This document shows positions 17,470-27,312 of a stretch of 64,000 nucleotides of DNA, in pieces (within the stretch, counting starts at the first letter, position 1; every line of letters begins with the position of its first letter). The DNA comes from a virus: IMG/VR virus record IMGVR_UViG_3300027987_000368, positions 1 to 64,000 of that record; one strand, given 5' to 3'. The position numbers were made by a program, and so were the translations under genes. Under the pieces are notes generated by a model, which saw nothing but the letters and a program-made list of their open reading frames with translations, was not told the DNA's origin and made no database searches.

Positions 17470-19311
17470 CTAGGGATCAATCGCGTCGAGCGCGAGCTGG
17501 AAGCGCCGCTTCGCTATCGTGTGGCGCGCGACCGGCTCGAGTTCGGCGATCTCCCGCGCGAGCGCAGCGGGACGAGCGCCGCGGGCGTGCCCTGGCGCCG
17601 GGTGGACCGGCTCGGTCCCATCGCAGCTGCGGCCCATCTTGGTCCCGTTGACAGCGAACCTCGAGACCGCGGAGCCGTCGATCGAGGTCACGCCGAGATC
17701 GCGGCAGAGCGCGGCGCGGCGCTCACCGTTGACCCTGCCCACGTGCACCCGCACCCCAAGCTCTAGCCCGAGCTCGGCCCAGTCGTGGACGGTCCGCCAC
17801 TTCCACATGGGGGTGCCAGGGCCCGCGCTCCCGCCGACGAAGATCCCGCCGATCCGGTGCCGCTCGAGCGCGCGCCGGACCTCGAGCACGGTCATCCCGT
17901 CTTGGACCGCGAGCAGCCAGTTCGGCGAAGCGGCGGCGGCGAGGCCGTTGCGGTGCTGCTTCCACCAGGCGATGGAGAACGCGAGCGAGTCGGCGCCGCC
18001 TGCGACGATGTCCGGGAGCACGGCGAAGCTCGGCTGCTCGAGCTCGACCGCGCGCGCGAGCAGCCGCACGAATGGCTCCTCGAGCCAGGCCTTGCCCGCG
18101 ACGTGGCAGGCCCAGGCGCCGTTGTCGATAGCCCATGGCAGGCCAGTCACGGGCTTCGTGTGGCCGCTCAGGTCGTCGAGCTTGTGCCCGCCACGTTTGA
18201 GCTTGCGGACGCGGCAGAGATCCGGCGCGGTCTCGGGGTCGTGGCCCATCGAGATGTGCTCGCCCCGCGGGACGACGCGGGTGGCATCCCTGGTGAGCGT
18301 GGTCCCGTCGAGCAGCATAGTCATGAGCGGCGTGTCGCGGGCATCGAGCAGCGCCTCTCCGCCGTCGCGGATCAGACGGTCGATCCAGTCGTCACCATCA
18401 AATTCTGGCGGCACCGGACCAGGCTCCGGCATGTCCGCGAGTCGCCGTCGCAACGCTGGTATCCACTCGATTGGCGGGACCACGCCCGCGAGGTTGTGGC
18501 CGGTGCCGCGGCAGTCGTTACACTGGGGCAGCACGACGAGCCCAACATTGAGAGATTCGCTAACCGCCTCTATTATTCGCCATTGCGAGTAGTCCGACTC
18601 GGCGCGGGTGTGCATGAGCCGCTCATAGAGCTGGCGGCCGACAACCAGGGGCTGAAGCTCAGTATCACCTGCCATGTCAGCTGACCGCGCCACCCGATGC
18701 ACTGCGGCCAGCGCATCGTCGAAGGTGTCAGCGGTCCCAGTGCATGCCTGGCACTCGCTCGGCTGCACCGGCGCGCTCGGGGCCCAAGAGCATCGACCGT
18801 CGAGCATGTCGAGCAGACGCTGGCCCAAGCGCGCGAGGGTCTTGCCCGCGGCGGCGCTCCGCTTGGCTCCGGTCTTGGCGTAGGCGCGGGAGAGCTTGCC
18901 TGGCCAGCCGCCACGATGCGTCAGCTTCTTGGCTCCGAAGTAGCACCCGCCCGGGCAATCGGCATCGAAGAACGCCACCCCGCGACCATCGCAGACGTCG
19001 CAGGCTTCGATGTCCTCGCCTCGCTCAAACCCGCTAGACCAATTCGAGTCGAAGGTCCCACGGATGCGATTTTCCGGCCCCAGCCCGAGGTCTCGCGTCC
19101 AGTCCTCGAACACCTCCTGTTCGTCGGCCAGCGCCACCAGGCTCCGGCCGTACTCGCGGGCGGCGTGGACATCGAAGGTTCGGCCGAATCCCCAAGCGTC
19201 GAGCGAGCGATTGGAGTCGTCATCTGGCAACGACTCGAAGATCAACTGCTCGACGTTCCGCCGGTGGCGCTGCATTGCGTGGACCCGCTTGGGCCCCACC
19301 GACTGAGTCAT
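17470..19311 (-). CDS. Zn-finger (CxxCxGxG) N-terminal region fused to a TGT/DpdA-like barrel
   Basis: IDNGAW, LPDIV, AVQDG, IFVGGS, VHVGRVN, SIDGS motifs in the C-terminal ~230 aa. Confidence 0.55.
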   Translation of the reverse strand: MTQSVGPKRVHAMQRHRRNVEQLIFESLPDDDSNRSLDAWGFGRTFDVHAAREYGRSLVALADEQEVFEDWTRDLGLGPENRIRGTFDSNWSSGFERGEDIEACDVCDGRGVAFFDADCPGGCYFGAKKLTHRGGWPGKLSRAYAKTGAKRSAAAGKTLARLGQRLLDMLDGRCSWAPSAPVQPSECQACTGTADTFDDALAAVHRVARSADMAGDTELQPLVVGRQLYERLMHTRAESDYSQWRIIEAVSESLNVGLVVLPQCNDCRGTGHNLAGVVPPIEWIPALRRRLADMPEPGPVPPEFDGDDWIDRLIRDGGEALLDARDTPLMTMLLDGTTLTRDATRVVPRGEHISMGHDPETAPDLCRVRKLKRGGHKLDDLSGHTKPVTGLPWAIDNGAWACHVAGKAWLEEPFVRLLARAVELEQPSFAVLPDIVAGGADSLAFSIAWWKQHRNGLAAAASPNWLLAVQDGMTVLEVRRALERHRIGGIFVGGSAGPGTPMWKWRTVHDWAELGLELGVRVHVGRVNGERRAALCRDLGVTSIDGSAVSRFAVNGTKMGRSCDGTEPVHPAPGHARGARPAALAREIAELEPVARHTIAKRRFQLALDAIDP

Positions 19312-19607
19312 GGCGCGAGGTCCTCGCCTTGATCGTCAAGGTCGCGCTGCCGCTGGCGATCGTCTTCGGCGAGCTGCGCCGCGTGACCGACCACGATCAG
19401 GATGTGCCCGAGCGTCAGGACTGCCAAGGCGACGCCGGCCATCAAAAACGCGTCGGTGACGACGGGCGTCCAGATGATGGCAGCTATCCACCCCAGCGAG
19501 AGAATGACGCTCGATGCGATCGCGTGCTTGCCCCCGGCTACCGCCGTCGAGGTGGCTACGTCGGTCCACATGCTCGGCTTGGCGGTCGGGGTCTTGCTCG
19601 GTTTCAT
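19308..19607 (-). CDS. Two-TM membrane protein
   Basis: Two hydrophobic helices; stop overlaps the next ATG. Confidence 0.55.
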   Translation of the reverse strand: MKPSKTPTAKPSMWTDVATSTAVAGGKHAIASSVILSLGWIAAIIWTPVVTDAFLMAGVALAVLTLGHILIVVGHAAQLAEDDRQRQRDLDDQGEDLAP

Positions 19608-19618
19608 GGGGGGAGCAA

Positions 19619-20305
19619 TCAGCCAGAGCCTGTTCGATTCCCTGCGCTGGTCTCGCGGGCGTAGAGCCAGCGCCAAGCCCGGACCAGCGGACCGTGCCGC
19701 GCGGCGAGCTCGGCCAGGCGCTCGGACCACGGCTGCCCGACGGCCAGCGCCTGGTCGGTCGCCATCATCCACTCGCCAGACAGCGGCTTGACGCCCATGC
19801 CCGCGAGCAAGCAGCCCGCGGCGACGGCTGGCTCCCAGCACAGCGCGATCACCAGCGGCTCGAGGTCGGCGAGCAGCACTCGAGCAGGTCGATCCGCGTC
19901 GGACTTCTTCGCGGTGATCGTGACCCCGCAAGTGAGTAGCCCGGGACGCAGGCGATCCGCGAACGCCTCGACCGGGGCCTTGGTCATCGCGTTCTCGTAT
20001 CCACCAGACCCGCGCGCGCCGTAGTGCAGGAAGTCGAGCATCCACCGAGCATCTCCGTGCGCCTTGTGAATCTGCCTGGATGGCTCTCGGGCGGTCCCGT
20101 TGACTCGCCGCCACATCCCCGCGAGCTCGGGATCCCGCTGATACATCGTCGCCAGCGGCCGCTGCAGCTTGGCTCGATAGGTGCCCGCCGCGTGACCGAT
20201 CGTCGGGATGCACGAGAGCACGAACGCGAGCGCCTCGCCCTCGACGATCGGCGTGGTCACGGGCTCGCCCACGCCGGCGCCGAACAGGCTGATCTGCTCG
20301 CTCAT
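19619..20305 (-). CDS. Hypothetical protein
   Basis: MSEQISLF start with ATGA overlap. Confidence 0.6.
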   Translation of the reverse strand: MSEQISLFGAGVGEPVTTPIVEGEALAFVLSCIPTIGHAAGTYRAKLQRPLATMYQRDPELAGMWRRVNGTAREPSRQIHKAHGDARWMLDFLHYGARGSGGYENAMTKAPVEAFADRLRPGLLTCGVTITAKKSDADRPARVLLADLEPLVIALCWEPAVAAGCLLAGMGVKPLSGEWMMATDQALAVGQPWSERLAELAARHGPLVRAWRWLYARETSAGNRTGSG

Positions 20306-20964
20306 GTGGCCTCGGCCGCGTCGAGCATCTCCACCATCGCGTCGACGTGGGCGCCGAGCATGACGCCGTGGCCATGGCAGTCGGGGCACGGGTCCGCGAC
20401 TGTATGGCCGGTGTTCATACAGTCCGAGCACCCGTAGCCCTCGAAGCGCCCGCTGGCGTGGTCGCAAATGCTCGGATGTCCATCACACCTCGGGCACTCT
20501 CCCCGCAGCCACGCAGCGATCCACTCGCCAAGCGGTTCGCCGGTGGTCATCAGGAGGTCAGCTTCAACGGCGAGCTGATCGCGTCGAACGGGTCGAGCGA
20601 GTTCGGCAACCACGCTGAAGTGCGCGCGATCGCGCGGCGCAAGCTCGCAAACGAGACGTGGCAGCGCATCGCGTTCGCTCTCGATTGGGTGGCTGTAGCT
20701 CGACTCGACACATGCAGCCCACAGGAGAGCTGTGAGCGCGTCAAGTATCCACTTTCGCGCGCACGCTGTGTTGTGCGTCACCATCACCACGCTCCCTACG
20801 ATAGTCGCACTCCATTCTGGCCCAGGCACGAACCCGATCTTCAAGCTGACGCACTCGTGCTGAGCGAGGTGGCGGTCCAATAAGCTGACTGGGTTGGCCC
20901 GAGCATGTGATCGTCGCTGGCGGGTGTCCCACGTGCGGAACACATCTAGAACGTCAGCGTTCAT
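20302..20964 (-). CDS. Hypothetical protein with C-terminal CxxCxG Zn-finger repeats
   Basis: CPRCDG, CSDCMNTG, CPDCHGHG. Confidence 0.6.
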   Translation of the reverse strand: MNADVLDVFRTWDTRQRRSHARANPVSLLDRHLAQHECVSLKIGFVPGPEWSATIVGSVVMVTHNTACARKWILDALTALLWAACVESSYSHPIESERDALPRLVCELAPRDRAHFSVVAELARPVRRDQLAVEADLLMTTGEPLGEWIAAWLRGECPRCDGHPSICDHASGRFEGYGCSDCMNTGHTVADPCPDCHGHGVMLGAHVDAMVEMLDAAEAT

Positions 20965-21428
20965 GTTCGAGACCGTGACGTTCGCATGTAGCGGTCGAGG
21001 TCGCGGCACGCCGCCGCCGTCTGTCCCCTGGCGACATCGAGCACGGCCTCTGCCTGTTCGAGCACGGCCGCCGCCGCATCCTCAATCGCCTCCGATTCTG
21101 CCGCAGCCTGGCGCAGCTGCTCGAGCTGCTCGTCGAACCCCGTTGTCGTGTCGACGACCCGCTGTGGAATCCTCACGACCCAAGCCTCGACAGCAAGATG
21201 GTGCACCCCAACGCGACCACGGCCGCGACCACGAAGATCAGCCCGGCGGTCCACGAGATGCGCGCAACGATGGCGAACATGACGAGCGTCGTCGCCAGCC
21301 AGGCGAGAACGGCAAAGCTTTGGGCGCCCGACTTGGCGTTCATTGGATAGCTCCGATGCGAATGTGATGAAGCACGACGTCCGCGACCGATGCTCATAGC
21401 GACTGATTCCCAGACATCATCCGAGACA

Positions 21429-22238
21429 TTATCGTGTATGCGTAACCGGAAGATGAATGCGATCCTCCTCGCGCTCGGCATCGTCCTCATCGAACTCGTC
21501 GTCGGAAAAGACCTGGCGGAGCGGGCAGTCCTTCCCGCGCTCGCACACAGACGCCTTGCACCGCACCTCGTCCTCATCGATCGCACCGCAGTGCTCGCAC
21601 CATTCGTATTCGCCGGTATCGCTCCGCTTGAGATCGTCGTGGCCATTGGGAACCTCGAGCCGGACGTCGTGCTCGTCCATCCATTGAGAGAACACCTTGA
21701 TCACGGCGTTCGCCTGGCGGACAGTGAGGGGATCTTCGTCGAAGTGCTCGCCCTCGCTCGCCCGCCCGCGCATGACCTCGTAGGCGTGCTCCATGCGGTC
21801 GTGGTAGTGCTCGGCCGTCCATCGCCAGTAGGGGACCTCGATCGGCAGCGAGCAGATAGGCCAGAACTCGGCCGCATGCTCGACGGTGATGGTCTCTCGC
21901 TCCCCGCCCAGCAGCTCGGCCTGGTCGGGAAGCAGCCGGGTCCAAATCTCGTCTACGAAGTGCTGGTGATCGCTGGCGATCGCTCGCACGTGCTTGTCCG
22001 TCAGCAGGCCAGCATCTTCCGCGCGCGCTGGCACGAGGTCCTGGCCGCGGCTCGAAGGGACACTGCGGGTGCGGAACTTGTCGCGGACCGCCCAACGCCA
22101 CTCGGTGGGGTCGTCACCGAGCCCCAAGGCCTCGACGAGCATCGCCTTGTGGGACTCGATCAGGGCCAGCGTACCGACCTGAACATCGACGGGATGCAAG
22201 AGACCACGTGTGAACATGAACCTTGTTTCGACGGACAT
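21429..22238 (-). CDS. Hypothetical protein
   Basis: Protein-like ORF with Cys cluster and acidic tail. Confidence 0.65.
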   Translation of the reverse strand: MSVETRFMFTRGLLHPVDVQVGTLALIESHKAMLVEALGLGDDPTEWRWAVRDKFRTRSVPSSRGQDLVPARAEDAGLLTDKHVRAIASDHQHFVDEIWTRLLPDQAELLGGERETITVEHAAEFWPICSLPIEVPYWRWTAEHYHDRMEHAYEVMRGRASEGEHFDEDPLTVRQANAVIKVFSQWMDEHDVRLEVPNGHDDLKRSDTGEYEWCEHCGAIDEDEVRCKASVCERGKDCPLRQVFSDDEFDEDDAEREEDRIHLPVTHTR

Positions 22239-22335
22239 CGCCCACTCAACGTGGCCGGGCCCTTGCTATTCCTGCTGGCCGTTCGATTCCCAAGCCGAAG
22301 GTCCGGGACCGCCGTGAGGCGACCCCGGGTGAGAG

Positions 22336-22533
22336 CTACCAGTCGGGCTCGATCGGTTCGTCGACGTCGCCCTGGCTGTAGCCGCGGAAGATCTCCGGGC
22401 GAAACTGCGCGCGCTTGGCCTTCTCGCACTTGTCGCAGACGCGTCCGCAGTAGACGCCTTGGGCATCCTTGAGTTCCCAGGATGTTTTGCCGGAGCCACA
22501 GGGGCAAGTTCGGATTGGCTTGAACATGGTCAT
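22336..22533 (-). CDS. Small Zn-binding phage protein (CPCGSGK...CDKC)
   Basis: SEC-C-like motif. Confidence 0.65.
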   Translation of the reverse strand: MTMFKPIRTCPCGSGKTSWELKDAQGVYCGRVCDKCEKAKRAQFRPEIFRGYSQGDVDEPIEPDW

Positions 22534-22592
22534 TGTCTGGTCTTTCTGCCGGATGCTGCCGACATCAACAATATACGCGACATTGACGGAAT

Positions 22593-22617
22593 CACGTTAT
22601 CTGGACCGGACAATGTG
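22593..22617. promoter_or_regulatory. 25-bp pseudo-palindromic operator
   Basis: CACGTTATCTG-GAC-CGGACAATGTG; matches 17144-17168 and 16202-16226. Confidence 0.7.
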
Positions 22618-22618
22618 G

Positions 22619-23077
22619 TCATCCCTCATCGACCCACCCATAGTGACGCGCGTCGGCGAGGATGTCGTCGTCGCTGTACCCGACGATGTCCTTCATGCCG
22701 ATCAACGCCCTTCGCTTGTTCAGGTAGCGCCGAGCTCGGTCGGCGGGCTGCTCCCGCTTGAGCACGGCGGCGGCGGGCTCTTGCACCGCGAACCAATTAC
22801 TCCCGCCGATGCTGCCGAGTTCGGCAACATCGCCTTTATCGTCCAATCGGACCATACACCGTATGGGTCGGCCCCATGTGATCGCATCGGTCCCGTTCCC
22901 GAACGCAGTCACCATCGATGTCAGCCAGGCGGTTGACGGCGCGTCTTTAGCCAGTGGAGGGCTCTGTTCAAAGACCAAGACCATAGCCAGGGTTCCAAGA
23001 GCGCCCTTGGTCATCACGATCGCTTTGCAGACGTCTGTGAGCTCATGCATGGCTGGGCCGACAGTTGGCGGCTTCAC
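22619..23077 (-). CDS. Hypothetical protein
   Basis: ORF with normal composition. Confidence 0.6.
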   Translation of the reverse strand: MKPPTVGPAMHELTDVCKAIVMTKGALGTLAMVLVFEQSPPLAKDAPSTAWLTSMVTAFGNGTDAITWGRPIRCMVRLDDKGDVAELGSIGGSNWFAVQEPAAAVLKREQPADRARRYLNKRRALIGMKDIVGYSDDDILADARHYGWVDEG

Positions 23078-23100
23078 CTATTCCACGGCCGCCTGGGCAT

Positions 23101-23292
23101 CTAGCCCCCGGGCACATCGAGTGTGGTCGCGGGTGCGCTGGCGTTCGCCCACGCATCCAGCTTCGCCGCGTCACCCGATGATGCTCGAGTCGAGGCGCCG
23201 CACGGGCACGCCCCACGCCATCGCCCGTCGTCATGACGCCAAGCCAGCTTGAGCTTGCCGCACGCGAAGCAACCGGTGAGCAAGATCCTCAT
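23101..23292 (-). CDS. Small Zn-ribbon protein (Lar-like)
   Basis: CFACG...CPCGAS...AW; ATGA overlap with the methylase. Confidence 0.45.
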   Translation of the reverse strand: MRILLTGCFACGKLKLAWRHDDGRWRGACPCGASTRASSGDAAKLDAWANASAPATTLDVPGG

Positions 23293-25130
23293 CGCGCAAT
23301 CTCGTCGTGATCCTGGACCCAGACACCCGCCGATGACAAGGTGAAGCTCTCCTCGGCGCCGAGGTCGAGCAAGCCGAGGATCACCCCGCCGATCGCCTGC
23401 GCGGCCTGAACAGGGACCGCGTTGCCGACGTGCTCGCGGACCAGCGAGTCGGGCCCCTCGAGCTGCACGAACTGCCCTCGAGGATCCCAGAGCTGGATCT
23501 CGGTCGGGTCCCCGGGGATGTGCCAGATCGGGCAGCCCTGCAGGCGCATGAGCTCCGCCGTGGTCATCGGCCTGTGGACTGTGCCGTCGGGCGCCCGGAT
23601 CACCATGTGGGTCGGGCGCCCGCCCTTGGCGAATTTGGCGCGGGGACCGACCAGCCAGAACTCGCCGGCAGTCCAGGCGTCGCGATCCCCCGTCCACTCC
23701 TGGCCTGCGACGAGCTCGTGGTCCGGGACAAACAGCTCGCGCGGATCGGCGACGGCGCTGGGGGGCTGCCTCACCGAGTGATTTCCGCGCACCGTAGAAC
23801 TCGGCGCGGCTGGGTCTTGGACACCGTAGCTCCCGCGCCTTGGCCCGTTGTCGAGCCTCGGATCGGCGACGCTGCTCGGGCTGTTCTCGACCTTCTGGTG
23901 GCCGATGACCGCGGTCTTGTAGGGCAGCGCGGGGTCGCTGACGCCGATCGAGTCCTCGCGGCGGTGGCAATGGCTGCGCGGATCGGCGACGGCGCTGGCG
24001 CTGTTGTGGATGTCCGCCGTGCCGATGATCGTCTTGCTGGGACCAGCGTCATCCAAGACACCCATCGTGCCCGCGCGCGGCGAGCAGTCGATCCGAGGGT
24101 CGTTGACGCTCGCCCAGGTGTTGCGCACCGAGCCCTCGGCGACGACCGCGTGACTTGGGCTACTGCTGTCGTTGACGCCGTAGCCGCCGTTCTGGCGAGC
24201 AGCTCGAGCTGCAAGGCGCGGATCGTCGACGCTAGCCCAGCTGTGAGAGCCAGCGCGCGCGGCCGCGACGATCGTGTGGCTTGGCCCCTCGCTCGAGCAG
24301 ACGCCGTAGAGCCCAGCCTGCCGACCTCGAGCATCGCCACCGCAGCGGGGCTCGACGTCGAGCCCCACATGCACCCGCCCTGGTATCGCGCGCCAGTCGT
24401 ATCCGGCCGGGATCGTGGCGAGCCGCAGCCAGTTGATTGGCGCCAGCTGTGGCAGCCGATGATGTGGTCCGCCGGCGGTCGAGCCCGGCACCGGCACCGG
24501 CAGCTCCCACAGCACCGAGGCCATCGAGCGCAGGCCCAGACCTGGCGGCATGAGCAGGTGGCTAGGCGCCGAGCTGCGCAGCCGCGCCATCAGCAGCACC
24601 CGCTCCCGCTTTTGTGCGAGCCCGCCGATCTTCCCGCAGTCGTGGACCCGAAGATCGACCTCGTAGCCGGCCTTGCGCAGCAGCACCTTCATCTGCTCGA
24701 GCAGATCGGCTCCACGCGTCAGCATCCTCGGGACGTTCTCCAGCGCGATGATCTTCGGCTTGCGATCCCACGTCTCGATCGCTAGGTCGACGGCTCGAAG
24801 GGCCAGGCGATTGAGCGCCTGGTAGTGCTCGGTCTTGCTCGACTTCTCTGGAAGGCAACCTGAGAACGCTTTGCATGGGGGCGAGCCAACGACGAAGTCA
24901 GGCACGCCGTCGCATCGCTCGCGCAGCTGCTCAACCGTGACCGCGCCAAGGTCGAGCACCTGCGCGCGCGCGCCCGTGAGCAGTTCGAAGTCCTTGCACG
25001 CGACCGGGTCGAGGTCGAACGCACCGATCGAGCGGAAGCGCGAGCCGTCTGCTCCACGCGCCCGCAAGATGCCCAGCGTCTTGAATCCCGAACCCGAGAA
25101 GAGCGTGACGACGTTGTAGACGCGAGGCAT
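23289..25130 (-). CDS. DNA (cytosine-5) methyltransferase with five tandem repeats in the variable region
   Basis: Motifs I FSGSG, IV SPPC, VI ENVP, VIII QKRER, X GNAV. Confidence 0.92.
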   Translation of the reverse strand: MPRVYNVVTLFSGSGFKTLGILRARGADGSRFRSIGAFDLDPVACKDFELLTGARAQVLDLGAVTVEQLRERCDGVPDFVVGSPPCKAFSGCLPEKSSKTEHYQALNRLALRAVDLAIETWDRKPKIIALENVPRMLTRGADLLEQMKVLLRKAGYEVDLRVHDCGKIGGLAQKRERVLLMARLRSSAPSHLLMPPGLGLRSMASVLWELPVPVPGSTAGGPHHRLPQLAPINWLRLATIPAGYDWRAIPGRVHVGLDVEPRCGGDARGRQAGLYGVCSSEGPSHTIVAAARAGSHSWASVDDPRLAARAARQNGGYGVNDSSSPSHAVVAEGSVRNTWASVNDPRIDCSPRAGTMGVLDDAGPSKTIIGTADIHNSASAVADPRSHCHRREDSIGVSDPALPYKTAVIGHQKVENSPSSVADPRLDNGPRRGSYGVQDPAAPSSTVRGNHSVRQPPSAVADPRELFVPDHELVAGQEWTGDRDAWTAGEFWLVGPRAKFAKGGRPTHMVIRAPDGTVHRPMTTAELMRLQGCPIWHIPGDPTEIQLWDPRGQFVQLEGPDSLVREHVGNAVPVQAAQAIGGVILGLLDLGAEESFTLSSAGVWVQDHDEIAR

Positions 25131-25594
25131 TGCGAGCCCTACCAGCGATGGGCTCGGTCATTCCTAGGCCAGCCCCATCTTAGCCCAGAGCCGCTGACGC
25201 TGAGCCTCGATCTCCTCTTCGCTCTCCGGATCTTCGAAGGGGACCAGCGAAAACCGGGCCGGCTCGGTCACGAAGACATCGCCCGCGAACGTGATGATCT
25301 CACCGCTGACCGAGGCCGATCGATGGATCGAGACATCGGCTGGAGCGCTGGCAATCGGATCACAGTCGACATCGACCACGCATATGGTGTCGTCCCAGGC
25401 TGGGTCTCGAGGTGGTTGCTGCTGCTCGAGTTCACGCAAACGCGCGAACCTGAACTCGTCGAGCTTGAGTTGCCCGAGCAATGCCAGTTTGTTGTAGCCG
25501 ATGTCCAGCAAGCCGATCGGCCCCTCTGGATGGTTGAAGAACCTCCCCGCCCTGCGCAGCTCCATGAGCTCGAGGCGCTCGGTTGGGCTCATCT

Positions 25595-25915
25595 TCATTG
25601 GACATCTTCGCCTGGCTCGGTTCGCACCTTCGAGCATGTCCTGCACACGCGCCGCGTGAAGTCCATCTCGAACTCGATGCCTGGAAGGTACGGGCGAGTC
25701 CATGCTTGGCTCCCGCAGCTCTCACATAGGTCGAGGCGCCGTTCGGGCGGGAGCATCTTGTTGAGCACATGCAACTCGAGCACGAGATGCTGAGCTAGCA
25801 GGATGGCCATCGCCCCCATACCGGGGTCAACGGCGACGGTTTCGCCCTCGCAGAACACAGAATGCGCCGCCTCCTTGGCCGCTTCGAAGTTGAATCCCTC
25901 GGGTCGTGAGAGCAT
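25595..25915 (-). CDS. Hypothetical Zn-ribbon protein
   Basis: CESC...CRTC. Confidence 0.55.
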   Translation of the reverse strand: MLSRPEGFNFEAAKEAAHSVFCEGETVAVDPGMGAMAILLAQHLVLELHVLNKMLPPERRLDLCESCGSQAWTRPYLPGIEFEMDFTRRVCRTCSKVRTEPGEDVQ

Positions 25916-26011
25916 GGGCTGGCCTACCGCGGAGATCCTGGCGAGATTCCAGCATGCTCGCAGCCCAGGCTTGAGCGTGGAACAACCTCAAGCTCGGCCG
26001 GTTCGGCGGGC

Positions 26012-26815
26012 ATGGCAAATTCAGTCAACGTGCCCCCAGCTGTCCGCGACGTCCTTTCGCGCGCGACTATCACCAGCGACCGCGTCGTGCTCCCGCCCGA
26101 GCAGCTCGAGCGCAAGCTCTACGAGCAGGTCAACAAGGTGCTCGCAGCTGCGGGCGGGAAGTGGAACCGCAAGGCCGCGGCCCACCTGTTCAAACACGAC
26201 CCACGCAAGGCGCTCGGGCTCGCGGTCGACAGCGGGACGATCGTCAACACGAAGAACGTGCTGCAGGCGTTCTACACCCCGCTCGAACTCGCTGACCTGC
26301 TCGTCGAGAAGGTCGACCTACAGCCTGGCGAACGCGTGCTTGAGCCGTCGTGTGGCGGTGGTGCGCTGATTGCCGCCGTGCTCCGCCGCCAACCAGCGGC
26401 GATCGTCCACGCGATCGATATCGAAGAAGCGGCGATCTTCGAATCAGCTGCTCTTGTCAGCAGCTATCAGCAGGCCGGAATCGTACCTTCAGGCCTTCAG
26501 GTGAAGCTCGTCACCGTCGACTTCCTCGAGGTCGAGCCCAGCCCAATCTACGACGTCGTCGTGATGAATCCGCCCTTCACCAAGGACCAAGACATCGCGC
26601 ACGTCCGGCACGCGTGGGCGTTTTTGCGTCCTGGCGGTCGCCTGGTGAGCGTCATGTCGAAGGGCTGGACTTGGCCTGGCGGCAGCAAGAAGCGACAGGA
26701 CTGGGCTCGCTTCGTCGGGGCCCAGCGCGGCGAGGTCGAGACCGTCGATGCGGGCGCGTTCAAGGCGAGCGGCACCATGGTCGAGACCGTCATCGTGCTG
26801 CTGCGAAAGCCCTAG
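26012..26815 (+). CDS. N6-adenine DNA methyltransferase
   Basis: FYTP, VLEPSCGGG, DFL, VVMNPPF. Confidence 0.9.
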   Translation: MANSVNVPPAVRDVLSRATITSDRVVLPPEQLERKLYEQVNKVLAAAGGKWNRKAAAHLFKHDPRKALGLAVDSGTIVNTKNVLQAFYTPLELADLLVEKVDLQPGERVLEPSCGGGALIAAVLRRQPAAIVHAIDIEEAAIFESAALVSSYQQAGIVPSGLQVKLVTVDFLEVEPSPIYDVVVMNPPFTKDQDIAHVRHAWAFLRPGGRLVSVMSKGWTWPGGSKKRQDWARFVGAQRGEVETVDAGAFKASGTMVETVIVLLRKP

Positions 26816-27312
26816 ACCTCGGGCAACGCGATCGTGGCATCGACGATCAGGTCGCCGCCGTCCCACCGGACCGGGCGCAGCTCAGGATGCGCCCGCCATA
26901 GGTCGGCGAGCGACGGGTAGCGCAGCCCGAAGCCGGCCTCTTGCTTGACCGGGTCGAGCAGCCACGCCTCGCCGTCGGTGACGCGGACCAGCGCTTCGCC
27001 GTACAGAATCCGCCGGCCGTGAAGCACCGCGTCGAGGCGGCTCTTCGCGTCGCGTTCCTCCGAGTATGCATGCCGAGCTCGGACCTCGGCCTCGGACTGC
27101 AGCGCGCGCGCTTGGCCGATCGCCGTCGTCGCATCGGGCAGAACCTCGGCGATCGCATCGGCGACGACGTTGGCGCGGTCGATGTCGTGGCAGTCGACCA
27201 GGACGCTTGGCCCTGGACTTCCGCCGCCATCATTCACGTAGACCAGCGCAGGTCGATGGCGCTGCCCCTTGACATTCTCCGCGCGTCGGTGGCTATCGAT
27301 GGTCAGCATCAC
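26812..27312 (-). CDS. Hypothetical protein
   Basis: Operon packing. Confidence 0.6.
   Translation of the reverse strand: MMLTIDSHRRAENVKGQRHRPALVYVNDGGGSPGPSVLVDCHDIDRANVVADAIAEVLPDATTAIGQARALQSEAEVRARHAYSEERDAKSRLDAVLHGRRILYGEALVRVTDGEAWLLDPVKQEAGFGLRYPSLADLWRAHPELRPVRWDGGDLIVDATIALPEV

Noticed and set aside
21411-21435. Possible fourth copy of the 25-bp operator
   Set aside because: Only half-site similarity
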